A DNA stretch of 64,000 nt, from assembly GCA_000165425.1 (NCBI GenBank), contig CT868407.1, positions 137,204 through 201,203 of the forward strand, read 5' to 3'. Shown piece after piece: positions 12,685-26,029 of this stretch; the stretch's first letter is position 1; each line of letters begins with the position of its first letter. A model generated the notes under the pieces. That model was not told the origin of the DNA. It worked only from the letters and a program-made list of their open reading frames with translations, and did not search any database. The stretch comes from Paramecium tetraurelia (taxonomy: Eukaryota). Position numbers and translations under genes: made by a program.

Positions 12685-14258
12685 TCAATAAATTGTCTTG
12701 CAATTGTATCCTTATCTTTTTTTGTATTCTTAGAGTAATTTTTTGGTCAAAGTGTCATTTAGACAATGTTTCTATTGATATTATTGCAATAGTTTTTTTA
12801 TTTATTGTTATTTATCTGGATACTCTCCACCTTGCTTCTAATAATTACCCATATCCATACTTAGATCCTTTTAAAACTAAGATAAACAATCAAGTTACAG
12901 AATTATTTGATTCTTCGATTTATTCAGCACATGAAAAGGGTCTAGGAATCTGACTTACTTCAGGAGGTTGTTTACGAAAACTGTGAACAGAATTATTGGA
13001 TCTATTAGGTTCAGCATGTTGATGTTGTGAATTTGAGGGTTTTTTAATTGCTTTGTTTTGATTACATTAACTTTTATCTTAACATGCTTTTACTGATTAC
13101 TGTCGTTTAAGTTCTTAATCTTCTGTAATGAGAATATTAAATACTTATTAGATTCAAAACATTTTAAGCTGTTTTGTTTCTTTAATGTTTAGTTGCATTT
13201 GAAGTTTCGTATTGAGATAAATTATGTTTTCTCTTTCTATCTTAATACTCACATGATTCTGTTTGTATTCTGGTTGGTAAATAGGTTGATTTATTATTAT
13301 TTTAAGTATTGGCTACATGGGTTGAAATGATTCTTTTATGGGAGTCATTTCTGGGTTTAAAGTAATCATCTTATGGATCAGTTTGGAGTCTATCTTACTA
13401 TTAAATTTATTGCAAATAATACATAGTCTTAAAGAGGAGGTTTTTATTTATCTATCTATAAATTTATTGTAATTGATTGTTATTTTGGATGTTCATTCTC
13501 AATATTCTCTTTTTTAGATACATGTTTTTGATTGTTTTAATTTGATTTAAGAGATTGATTTGTAGTTTCAATTGTATTATTATTTTTGATAATCTAAATT
13601 TCTTTTTCTTATGTTCTTAGTTTTTGGTTCAAGGTATTGTTCTTTTCATATAAGACTTAGAAATCGCTTTTGATTGCTTACAATTCTTCTTCCAAGTCTT
13701 CTTTTATTTTTAAAGCATCTTCCAATTTGGATTGAGTGTTTTCTGCAAATAATTTCAATTGTTATTCAATCTAATATAGGGTATTTAAGATTACTCTTAT
13801 GTGTTATCTGATTTCTGCTTCGAGTTTGATTAATTGCTCCTCGTAATCACTTTGATCTCTATTTTTTTGTTCTTCTACTTATTATTCTAAATTTAACTAA
13901 TAGGATTTAAAAAATACTTTATCTTGCATGAGAACTGTGAAAATGCATCCAATATAACAAATCAAACTATTTGGATCTGAGTAAAGATCTTCTGGCTTGT
14001 CCAAAGGGACTAACTTTCTAATTTGACATAGTAGCAACTAATTGGGATTAGGATTAGTACATGATCTTCAGTTTTAAGGATATTGCTTTTAATTTGAGAA
14101 TAGAGATCGAGTATGGATTTTTGTAATTTGAGATCAAACTTCTTTTCTGTGTGTTCTGAACTGTGTCTGTAATTAGACTCTAAGGATGTGTTGATATCAT
14201 CATGGAAATGCTATTGTTGCTGAAGTAGTTGTAATAGTGTTTTTGATTTTTAAGACAT
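12685..14258 (-). CDS. Coiled-coil / low-complexity hypothetical protein
   Basis: Open under code 6 with short introns. YEEQLIKLEAEIRQHIR…EQQLKL coiled-coil segment. Confidence 0.7.
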
Positions 14259-14356
14259 TTTTAAATAAATAACTGATTGAAGAGAAATTTAAATATATAT
14301 ATTTCTTTATATGTATAATATATATATAATTAAAAAGGAGAAGTAAAAAAACAAAT

Positions 14357-14880
14357 TCAAAAGATGCAACTCTATGTCATGTCTACAGACTTCTGCACTT
14401 GCAAGTCTGTTTTCAAATCGGGCACAAATTCGCTTTCGATAGTTGATAGGTCATCCAAACTGAAATTCTGAATCTGCTTCGAGTCGATTTGTAAGGTATG
14501 CTAAAGAATATACTCCAATAATACCACTTATGAGGTTGTGTTGGGAGGATTCAGGTTTGGAAACTCAACGAATTGCGGTGTTCCTAAAATATAAATGACA
14601 ATCTATTACTGAATTCCATCAAGCCATAAGACGATTTGTGTCTAGGTTTGAGTGGTATTTGTTAATCGATTAAGATTTTCAATTAAAATTATTTCAAATG
14701 TCGTTGGTGTTGATTTTCAATTAACTTTGATCTCCATATCGGCATCGTCTGTTTTTCCTTCTTCTTCTCGTCAATATTTAGTTGTTGATGTATCAAGTAG
14801 AAACAACCTAACATATAGGTTTGGAGTAGAAATGACTTTTTTGGAAAGACTCTCCTTAAATCTTCTAATACATGAGGCAT
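14357..14880 (-). CDS. Small hypothetical protein
   Basis: MPHVLEDLRRVFP…QSCIF*, with putative short introns near 14585-14610 and ~14500-14527. Confidence 0.55.
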
Positions 14881-14990
14881 TATGAATTATTAATATTATT
14901 TATTTTAATTTAAGATATGAAGACATTTATAATAATACTAAATGCCGATGGTGCATATTATTAAAATAATAAATTTATATCACTCCAACT

Positions 14991-16751
14991 TCAAAACATT
15001 AAATACAATGTCGACTTCATTGAACATTTATCATCATCTCCCTATTCATGTTTGCATTGATGCAAATGTCTTATGAAAGCAATCACATTTGCGTTAACGA
15101 AAAGCCTGTTGCTCTAATAATATTATCTACATTGAAGACAAGGAAAATCTTCATAGCTTTAATAATTCCATTAGAATTAATCCGATATAGATTTTAAGCA
15201 AGTTTAATTCAAGACATACAAAATCTGCTAGGAATTATCAATAGCAATTTCATTTACAAAACTCTCACTGCAAATAAATGATTTAATCAACTCAATAGAT
15301 CTGCAATCGTATATGTACAACTTATTTTTTATGTCAACCACAAACAATTGATCATTCGATTAAGCCACCTTCTAAACAGATTAAATTTTTATTCTTTTTT
15401 CCTAATACAAGTCATTTTTGTTGTAATTCCAAAATATGATGCCTCCTTATTCTAAATCACATTTGGATGCAGAAATTACAAACTTAGATGATTTAACTAG
15501 TGCAAACAATATCGTAGATGATGTATCAACAATGTAAAGGGGATTCTATAAATTTAAATCATAGCCAAAGATTTGTCCATCCCAATCCCCTATTAACAAT
15601 AGATTATCAAAGCTTAAGAGAGATACAACTTTGCTCATTCTTTGATGTTGCACCTTCCTTAATTGCTAAATACTTGATTAAGAACAGTTCCAAATTAAAG
15701 TATAATCATCTCCTCCCAAAGCCAATATGGTTGCTTTGCTAAAGTCTAAATCTTATGACTTGTTAACTAAAATCTACTGTGTCAATTCTGTAATTTAACA
15801 ATTGATCTCAATTATGCAATTTATTTATGTTTCACATTGAATTACTTCAACTTCATTGTAGCATTTATCTCTTATTTTAATTGTCATATCATTCAATGCA
15901 TAGATCAGGTTATTTTGTAACATCACAAAACTAGTAATGCATTAGTCCTCTTCAATTAGTTTCTATTCTTTTTTTGTTGATTTGATTTAAATACTCTTTG
16001 AATCAAAATCAGTGATTGGAAATGACTTAATATAGGTTTTGATGTTTGACTCAATATTTGATAAATATTAATCGAAGTAATTAATTAATCTATTGTATTC
16101 ATTCTTTTAGAATTCCTAACTTTTGAATGTGGGTGGAAACACTGATTAACTTTATAAAAGTATCAATTATTCTTATAATTGCTTGATCTTGCCACTACTA
16201 GAAAATATAGTATAATTTAACAGATGAGATTTAAACTTTCTCATTACATTTATTGGATCATTGTGATTAGGCAGTTTTACACCCAAAATGCAATTAAGTA
16301 TGGATAAATCTGACGATTTCTGGAGTGATTGGAATTTCTCAGTTTCTTTCAATTGTTATTTGAATTGTTAAACATTTTTATTGTAAATAATCACCTATTC
16401 TTCTAAGGTTTCTAAGAGTTTACTTTCTAAATTATCACATTTTTGCATTATTTTCTTTTTAATTTTTTACATATCTTCAGAAACCCTTTACTTTTATGTC
16501 TTCATAAATGTTGCAAATTAATCAGTATCCAGTTACTTAAATTAAAGTTGCATTTTCTCAAACTAAGTTAAATTAACATTCAATTTTTTTGCAAACTCTT
16601 CAATCCCATTTTATATTTCATAACTATGACATAAATGAGTTTAAAGACAATCTACACACAAATATGGTTAAAGATCACATTTTTCATCTATGCAGATTTT
16701 ACTTAAAGGTTTTGAATGTTCTGGACATTTCAATGGTTCTGGAGATTTCAT
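14991..16751 (-). CDS. B-box-like Zn finger + coiled-coil + WD40-like beta-propeller protein
   Basis: CPEHSKPLSKICIDEKC…LCVDCLQTHLCH at the N-terminus; LLIGDWDGQIFGYD, GIIFWNY and KLYIYD repeats toward the C-terminus. Confidence 0.65.
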
Positions 16752-17996
16752 TAAATATATAATATATATAATTTCTTTTTATTTAAAATTAGTATATTGT
16801 GCAAGAAGGACTGACAGATATAGATATTTAATCAATATCTGCTAATAATTCTATATTTAATTTAGCCATCAGCATTAAGTTGATCAATTAATTGACCCAA
16901 CTTCCAAGTAGTTTGATGGCTTTAATAAGTTTATTAATTTAAAGAGGTGTTAAAAAACGAGCAGCAATACATGTAATATATGAGTACTTGATTGCTTTGT
17001 GAATTTTAATTTATTTATGCTGAATACTTGAGAAACTCAAACATTGACGTGTTTGTTTTCTACGCATAAATCCAGCTGTTAATAATATTTATTCCAGAAT
17101 TTAATTACATTGGGTTATCATTTAAACATAACTTATGTCGAATGATTCTGGGATTCTTTTATGATATCATTTGAAGTTAAAGTATATTCAACACTTTAAG
17201 CACATAGAAATGAACATCAAGATGTTAATTTTATTCATTTTATGTAAAAGAGAGTTGCAAATTTCGAAAACATGAAAAGTCTTCTTTTCTCTTTTGTTTA
17301 CTTTAAGCTAACGTGCTTTAAATTATGTATTAAACCAAAATTTAAAGAGTTTGTTAGCTACTCATAATATTGATAAAGTTTATTCAAGAGTTGTCAACAA
17401 ATGCCCAATCATAGTGAACATCAGCTAATTATACTCTAAATATTCCTTTGAGGCACATACTAATGTATGACGATATTCAACCATCCACAAACTCTTTGAG
17501 CCTCCACATAAAATTTATTTAATTAATAAATTGATTTGAATTTGAAATGCTATTAAATACTAAAAATGCTTCCGGAAAATTATTCATATAAATATTATAA
17601 GGAATAAATTATATTAATTGAATACATTCTTATAGAGAACTATACTGTTACCTAGACTTTAATATCACTTCATGAAATTGAGAGCACAGATTACAACAGG
17701 TTATCTTCAATAAATATATGTAATTATAATATAAGTCAATTAGTCCCAATATTCCAAATTCAAGTAAATATGTATTTACTGAATCATTATTATTAAATTT
17801 AAAAAGCATATAATAATAAAATGAGACACAAAATCTTAGGTTACTAATTTGAGTGAAATTAAATACTCTTAATGGATTATCAAAAAATACTTATGATAAT
17901 AAAGTGTGAAGTATTTATAAATTAATTTCTATATCTAATTGGAAATTAGCATTATTATTAATTATTATTAATATTAATATTATAATAATACAAAAT

Positions 17997-18980
17997 ATGC
18001 AAAACAACTTTATGTATAATCAATAGGGATACATGTATCCTTAATAATATATGTACCCACATCCACCTCCAAATTATGTTTATCCTCAATAAATGTAGCC
18101 TGCTTAGTTTTATTATATGAATCCATAGAATTAAGCCATGTATTAATATAATATTGGATAATAACAATAACAATAATAACAACAATAGTAGAGAATTAAA
18201 TGCAATCAACCTAAAACAAAGGAACAAGATGCCAAGATATAGAAGCAATAAGTAGTCAAATAGCAATCTAATCAAATCATGTAATAGCAAATGGAAATGC
18301 AGAAGACAAACATAAAGATTTTAACAGAATAATAAATTAAAGATTAGGTCGGCTCAATTACAAAACAAGGGTTCTGCCATTATTGCAATAAAAATGGGAA
18401 AATTTGTTACTATTGTTTCAGCAATTATAAATCAACTGATTGCAGACATGGATTCTGCTTTGATTGTTTGATGTTTAAATTTAAGGTAAGAAATCAGTTT
18501 AATTTATTAGATCAACCCTATAAAGATATTACTTAGAGCTGATTGGAATTGCCCTATCAAAAGCAAATAATGCATTTGCAGTCGATGTTCAAATATCAAT
18601 CATATGGATTCCGATTAATTCATTTCTAATGACTCAGTGGAAAGTTGCAATAAATATGCACACATCATAGAGAACACTAAGAAAATTAAGAAGCAATATT
18701 CGAAGAAGAAGAACATAATTAGAGAAATGTTTTAAGTGAAGTTTTAACAATTGGATCCAAAGAAGAAGAAACAACAATAGGTATATCATAGGAATTAAGA
18801 TAGTCAATGAAGAAGACTTTATTACTTAATAAAATTAAGAAGCAAATGTAATTCTCTTAAGAATGCATTTTGAAATTGAAATAAAAGCATAACCAAAATG
18901 ATGAATAAATATTGCATTAGGTTGTCAGATATAATTTTGGTTCCTTGATTGATTTGTTTAAAGAATATAAGTAGGCTTGA
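17997..18980 (+). CDS. Q/Y/P/N-rich N-terminus + zf-4CXXC_R1-like zinc finger protein
   Basis: FCHYC…CYYC…DCRHGFCFDCL…DWNCPIKSKQCICSRC. Introns 18486-18510 and ~18781-18803. Confidence 0.7.
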
Positions 18981-19027
18981 AAATTCAATTAGAATATATT
19001 TTAATGTTTTTATAGATATTTTTAAAC

Positions 19028-19225
19028 TCATTATTATTATTAGGGAAACTTGGGTTTCTTGAAAAACTATTCAAAAGCCTATTATATGATCTCGTAAGAT
19101 TGAATATAATTTCCCATACATTTCTTGAATTCATCTTATGAAGCATTGACTGGAAGCATTTTGAAACAGGTTTTATAGACTTCGTTGCTCAGGACTTCTT
19201 ATTTAAGTTATTATTAATCACTCAT
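19028..19225 (-). CDS. 65-aa small protein, small-Tim-like helical hairpin with two Cys
   Basis: MSDQQQLKQEVLSNEVYKTCFKMLPVNASQDEFKKCMGNYIQSYEIIQQAFEQFFKKPKFPQQQQ*; clean ATG to TGA. Confidence 0.6.
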
Positions 19226-19695
19226 AATAATTAATTATTTTTAATATTCATTCATATATTCTTACACCAAACAATTTATATAGAAAAGAAGAAATTCTAA
19301 CTAAATGTTATCAAAGTTACATAATTATTATTTTCTAAAAAGCTAATTAGATGTAATTTTATAGATATTTAACTATTGAATTTAGAGTTTGATATAAATT
19401 TGATTAAAAAATGACTTTAGAGACAGTTTAGATGGCGATTAAATTAGAACTAAAATAAAATATAATAAATAATCCATAACCATTTTTAGAATGAAATATT
19501 TATTATTATAATCATATGATCTCTTATTTCTATTTATATAATAGTTTATATTGTGTATGTCTTATTAGTCATTCAATAGAATAATACAAAAATGTTGTAA
19601 AATTAAGGAGGCATATCGGTTATTGAATTTGAACTAAATCCATAAAGATTATTCGAAAGTGAATGAGGAATTTGGAAAACAAAATTTAATTAAAA

Positions 19696-22600
19696 ATGAA
19701 TATTACATAGCTAGAACTCTTTAATCAAGCCTGTCATTAATATAAGGGTATGGTGATTTCTTCTGATTTCATACAGACAGCTCTACTAAGTAGATATCAA
19801 ATAACTCCTGCTGAATTTTTGAGACCATTTCTACCTAGAAAAGTGCAGAGATTGAAATTGGGTTTGAGAGAGAAGGATAAGGAGCTTAACATAAAATTGT
19901 TAGATATGAAGGAATATGATCAGATTGGAAATGTAAAGTTGGATAAGTATTCGCGTCTTCTATTGGAGGATACTCAATTTTTGGAACAAGTTTAAATCTC
20001 AAGAAATTGCAGTAAACAGCTTTTAGATCAAATTTGTGATTAAAATAAGATGGCTGGGTTCTAGTAATTGTAATAAGTAGTGGGAGACTGTTTAGGATTC
20101 TAATATCATTATAATTTCCTAGATCATCCAATTGTATTATTCTATGTAGTAAGTGGATAAGAGAAAAATTTGATATAGGAGATCCATAAAATAAGGAGCG
20201 ATTCAAATAGTTTGATTAAGATGATTTTTAAGAATAACCTTAGTGATTTGGAGATGGTGAGCAAGGTTATCATAATATTGAATGATGCACAGGAGGTAGT
20301 GTAATATGAATCTCTTGATTTGATCTTTAAGGAATTTAGCAAGTTTCGAGCATACACACTCAAATACAACTTGCCTAATCCAATTGAATAAACTCACTGG
20401 TCTCGATTTGCATATCAGAGATACAATTATGAAGGCGAGGTTCCCAAGCATCCTTTAGGAATATTGGATGAATAATGGACTAAGATTTATAGATAGGTGA
20501 TTGAGGAAGTCATATTATAACAAGCACTGATCATATTGGAGAGTCAAATCAATAAGTAGACTCAACTCTATTAAGAAATGAAGTAGAAAACATTTGATAC
20601 TTTTTTGACAAGCATTTTCAATACGAGAACAGGTTAATCAACTGAAATTGAGTATAAGATGAGTCAAAAAGAATAATTATTGAGATTCTTGGGTGATAAT
20701 CATTTTTTGATGAATGATTATGAAAGTGCTGTCACTTATTATAAAGGACTTATAACTGAACTTAAGAATAATAAAACTAATACGACTATTGCCACTTTGT
20801 ATGCAACAGAGTATTATTTATACTCTCGCTTATTGGCATCATAGAAAATAGATAATTTAAAGAATATTTTTGATGAAATTGAGGTTGGTTATCATAAGTT
20901 TATTCAATTCCCATACATGTTAAGAGTGATGTTTTTTTATATAATAACAATTCACATGTTTGGAAAATATAGTAAAGAATAGATTTATTTCCTTCAAAGA
21001 TTTCATCGTTATTTTAAGGATTTAGGGAGTACTACAAAAAAGGATTATTTTGTAGTTTATCAAATTTTAGTCTATGAATAAATAGCATTCATTCATCTAA
21101 GATTAGATCCTCCAGAGTTCAGGAAGTTTGCTCATAATCTGACATTAGTTGCTAATAAATACGAATCTGAAAATTTCAAGAAGCATGCATTGAGATGCTT
21201 TAAAATAGTTGAATAATTATATTAATAATCGAAATGGGTGCCATTATTATTTTGGTTGGAAGGACATATAGGGGCCAATTGTTTGGAGAATCACAAAGTG
21301 CAAGAAGCCATTGATTCATTTAAGTTGGCATTCAATTAACTAAATGAAAGATAGACATTGGAATTGCATAATCAATTAGTTGTAGATTGGAAAAAAGCAT
21401 ACTAATCAATTGAACAACTTTAAGATTTCAGACGAAAGTATTTCACTTAAACTAATACTAACCTGAAAATTCCAATTGTCAAAGGACCTGTAGATATGTT
21501 AACGCATGGTTAAGATGTATTAGATTCCATTGTTCTTACTAATATCAAGTAGAAATTTAAGAATTTATGGAATACAGTCTCAAAGAATGAATCCTTTTTT
21601 GAAGATGCATCCATTAGAAGTTTTGATTCCATCTATTTGGAAGAAAGAATTGCATGCTTCAATAAAACCCCTTGTATTTTAAATGCTGATAAAATTTCAG
21701 ACGTTATTGACAAGATTAACAAGTTCGGAAGGCAATGCTTTGCTGAGGACATTATCACTTTAAGGTTTTTTATTAATTTGCCAGTTAAAGTGCCCAGTTA
21801 TATCAATAGCTTATAAGTAATGTATCAATTTTACACACTCAAAGAGAATCTTTTAGATTTAGAGGCTGGTAATGAAAAAGATTATGTACTCACAAAAATA
21901 AATACTTTAGAGATAAAGGACATTCCTTTTTAAAGGGCAGTATAAGAATACTTAGAAGTGTCCATAACTCCTCCATCAGCTGGATATTTGATAATTACAG
22001 GTTTGCAATGGAATTTCATTAATATTCCTGCATAAATATTAATTAATTATGATGCTAAGGATCAATCAAAGAAGAAGAGTGTAAATTTTTACAACAAGTT
22101 TAAAGTTTTTCCTAAATTCATCCCAATTGATATTGAATATTATACTAAACCAGTTATTGCTTATGGGGAAATAAGGCCTATTCTTTTTAAGTTTACAAAC
22201 AAGAATCCCGAAGAAATAGTAATTCATATAACTCCAATAATACCTTATCATTTTGGGTTTGAAGAGAAAAAGATAATATTAAGCGCCTTCTAAGTTTTGG
22301 AATATTAATTTTACTTGAGATGCAGCTTCTAAGAGGAATTTGTTGGTCAATTATTATTTAAGTATTAATAAGGATAGAGTGGAGGAATTAGAATTTAGAA
22401 ATTGGAAATTCCGATGAAAGTGGACCCCAGTTTCAAGATATCATTATAAACAGATTTGATTGTGGATTATTGGAAATTTACATTATAGGTTCAAGACTAT
22501 TTTGGAGGGAAAGGCAATTTAAGATTCGACAGAATTCTATGTTTGAATGAGAATTGGAAATATTTTGATATTCCTTATCAATCCAGTGGTGATCCATTTC

Positions 22601-23335
22601 TTCTGACTACCTTTAAGTTGAAGAAGATCCAAACAAAGGATTATCGATATGAGGAATATCAAAATAGACTAAAGGAGAGATTCTATAGGGAGGGTGACAA
22701 TTTCAATGAGATAATATTAGGTGATTAAGACATTCCTGCAGATGTTGCTTTGGATTTTGTAAATCTGGATATATAACATTACTTCAGTGTTTTCTATCAG
22801 AAATTGTAGAATTAAAAAATGGAGGAATTCCCTCTATTCATCATAGCAAGATGGACATACAGATATGAAGATGAAATAGTATATGGGTTGCATGAATTGC
22901 CCGTTTTGCAATAAAATTATTTACATAGGGATGTGAAAGAATTCCCTATGTCATTTTCCATTATAGCTCCATTTGAAGTAGAACACCAAGGCATGATTAC
23001 AATGGTTCCCATAAAAATTAGTTTCAAAAATACAAAGTATGTAGAGTCTATAAGTTTTACAGTGACCTTATTTAATGGGGATGAACCTTTGAAGTACAAT
23101 AAATTAATTAATAAGGTCAATTAATGACATCTAGTAGCCATTCTTTTTGTGGGAAGGCATTTTGCAACACCAAATTACTTTGAAGCCATAGGAGATGAAA
23201 GTGTTGACGTTAGAAGGGGTTTTTACAGAGAAGGGAGTATATGATTTAAGCAGATTTAGATTGACAATGAATAATAAACAGTAAAGCGAGTATTACTCAA
23301 TTGATCATGAAACAGTTATAATAAAAATTATATGA
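19696..23335 (+). CDS. TRAPPC8: TRAPP III-specific subunit Trs85
   Basis: ITPAEFLRPF, HPIVLFYVVS, EQLLRFLGDNHFLMNDYESA, FRKFAHNLTL…HALRCF. About 1200 aa. Confidence 0.8.
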
Positions 23336-23360
23336 GATATATTTAATATATAATATTAAC

Positions 23361-24041
23361 ATGTCAAAGAAAGGAGGTAAGAAAAAGGGAGGAGATGATG
23401 GAGAGAGAGAAGAAGAAGAAAAAGTTATGGTGTTGGAACATAAATGTAGAGCTCTCTAGACTCGTTTTGGTAGGAACATTAATTTAAATTTAAGTGGAGG
23501 AACAAGAAAGAGGTGATAAAGCCAAAGCAGCTGAAAATGAGATCAGAGCCAGAGTCATGGAGATGGAAAATGATTTGAAGAAGGAGAAGGACAAATTATT
23601 TTGCATTGTGTATGAGGATTGTCTATTTGTATTATAGATCGGATATGACGAGACAATATAAATAAATGTAGGAAGAATTACTCAAATAAATTACTGATTT
23701 AAGGTCCACTGATGTAGAAAAAGAAGAAATCATTAGTAAATTATTCATCTCAATCAACTTTAGAGAACAAAGAACAATATATTCAAGACATGGTTAAAGA
23801 TTATGAATACAGATTGAAGAAGAAGGATGATGAAATTAGTGAATTGAAACGTAAAATTGAAGAGATGTCAGCTGAATTTGCTAGAATGCTCAAAGTATTA
23901 TGTTGAAATTATCATTCTCAGGATACTCTTGATAAAATGTAAGAGAGAATTTAATTGGCTCAATGGGATAATGACACTGATCCTCAAATTATGAAGAAAA
24001 TTAAAGATATTGCAGGTATGTAAACTCATTAATAAAATTGA
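23361..24041 (+). CDS. Ciliary coiled-coil protein CCDC153/DRC12-like
   Basis: MSKKGGKKK…, SDMTRQYKQMQEEL, IEEMSAEFARMLK-DTLDKMQERI. Four short introns. Confidence 0.7.
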
Positions 24042-24089
24042 TTTCATAAATATATACATATAAATTTTATTTGGTTATTAAAATCAACA

Positions 24090-24691
24090 ATGAATGCTAA
24101 TCCATTGAATGCCAATATTGATTGTATGATATCTTGATATATCCAAAAGACCGTTCACTTCCTTAGGGAAATTATCCAGCTCGAAATATTGATAGAAATA
24201 CAACATAGCAATCACCTTAAAGACATCCAAAAAGGTATTAATATATTCTATTTTCTCTTAGAGAATTTGATTATCGATTAATTCAGCCTAAAATTTAAAA
24301 TCTCAATGCCTCTTCTCACTCTTTGTCAAGACTTCGATCAGACACTCCTATTACAATTCGAGGATAAAACTATCGCTATGTTGGTTAAATGAATGGAAAT
24401 TAGAAGGAAGGAATTGGTTCATACTTTACAAATGAGCTTGAATATGAGGGAGAATGGCGAAATAATGTTTATCATGGATTTGGAAAATTTTATTAAGAAG
24501 GCAAGTTATCCTATCAAGGATAATTCGTAAATGGATTGAAAAATGGAGCTGGGATTGAATATTATGAGAATGACTCTTATTTTGTTGGCAATTTTGAGAA
24601 GAATCAAAAAAATGGGATTGGAACTCTTTATAAAAAAAATGACTAAGTATCTGGGATATGGCATAATGATAAACTAGTCGAGAAATATTGA
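24090..24691 (+). CDS. MORN-repeat protein
   Basis: YVGQM…EGIG, YEGEWRNNVYHGFG, YQGQFVNGLKNGAG, FVGNFEKNQKNGIG. Confidence 0.85.
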
Positions 24692-24717
24692 TTATTATTA
24701 AATTATAAACTTATTAA

Positions 24718-25659
24718 ATGGATATTCCAAAATAATTATTGGTTTTTGTTAATCCAGCAAGTGGAAAAGGACATGCTTTGAGAGAATGGAATAAAGCCAA
24801 GCCCATTCTTGATAAATTCAATGTAAAATACCAAGTCATTATGACATAATATCAAAATCATTGCCATGATTATTTATTGAAAGAAGACCTATCAAATGTT
24901 TATGGAGTCGTGCTTGTCTCAGGAGATGGACTACCACATGAGGCTATTAATGCTTTATATGAAAGACCTGATTGGGAATAAATATCGCAATCTATTACTA
25001 TTGGGGTTCTCCCAGGTGGAAGTGGAAACGCATTTGCTAAAACCTTAACTAAAATATCACAATTAGAATGCAACTCGGAAAGTTGTGCTCTTCTAATAGC
25101 AAAAGGAATCACCAGACAAATGGATCTTATTTTACTAGAAATGCCTCAGAAGAAGGTGGTCTCATTTTTATCCTTAGCCTATGCCTTTATTTCTGAAGTT
25201 GATTTAGGATCTGAATCACTTAGGTTTTTGGGAGGAGCCAGATTTGATGTATATGGAACATGGAGAGCTATGTTTTAAAAAAAATATGAGGCAAAATACA
25301 ATAATCAATAAATGATTTTTAGGTATTTTTTAGCATAGAAGATACCTTACATAAGTGATAATTATTTATCAGCACCTGCAGCTAAGATTGATGATGGAAT
25401 GATTGATGTATAATATCTTGAGGCAGGAGATTGGTCCCAATTAGTCAAGTTGTCCATAAAATAATACGATGGCAGTCATGTAGAAATCGATGAATAGGGA
25501 AATATAAAATCTAAAGGAAATTGGAAATATGAAAAAGTAAAAGAATATACATTTGAACCTATTACTAATTGTCCATTGAGTATAGATGGAGAGAGATACC
25601 CACCACAACCAGTTAAAGCCAAAGTACTAAGTAAAATTTTGAAAGTATTTTGCTATTGA
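24718..25659 (+). CDS. Sphingosine kinase / DAGK catalytic-domain lipid kinase
   Basis: LLVFVNPASGKG, VSGDGLPHEAIN, LPGGSGNAFA, SESLRFLGGARF, SIDGE. Confidence 0.9.
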
Positions 25660-26029
25660 AATAAATAGATAAATAAAGCTTAAACATTTTTCTTTTTATT
25701 TACTCAACATTATTTTAATTTAATAGATTTGGTCTAGCAATTCCTCTTGTCCCATATCACTTCCAACTATATTTTTCATCAAAAAAGACATAAGTTGAAT
25801 ATTCTACAGATCATTCTATTACTAATTGAAGTATACAATTCTTTGATATAAGTAATGCAAATGCTATAACATACAAATCGAGTAGTTCTCCTCTTAAAAG
25901 TTATATACAACAATTTTGGAGCATATCCTTTATATTCTGGGATTGAAGTATTAATTTGATATATATTCCTATAAAATAATTCATTTTAAATTTATAATAA
26001 TATTTCATACTCACTCATATTATTTAGTT

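Noticed and set aside
9399..23335. Two TRAPP subunits (TRAPPC3, TRAPPC8) within about 10 kb as a functional cluster
   Set aside because: They are separated by several unrelated genes and lie on opposite strands; coincidence is sufficient.
25700..26020. Possible small minus-strand gene (…IPEYKGYAPK…YGTRGIARP…)
   Set aside because: I could not build a consistent model with normal-sized introns; an in-frame TGA is present.
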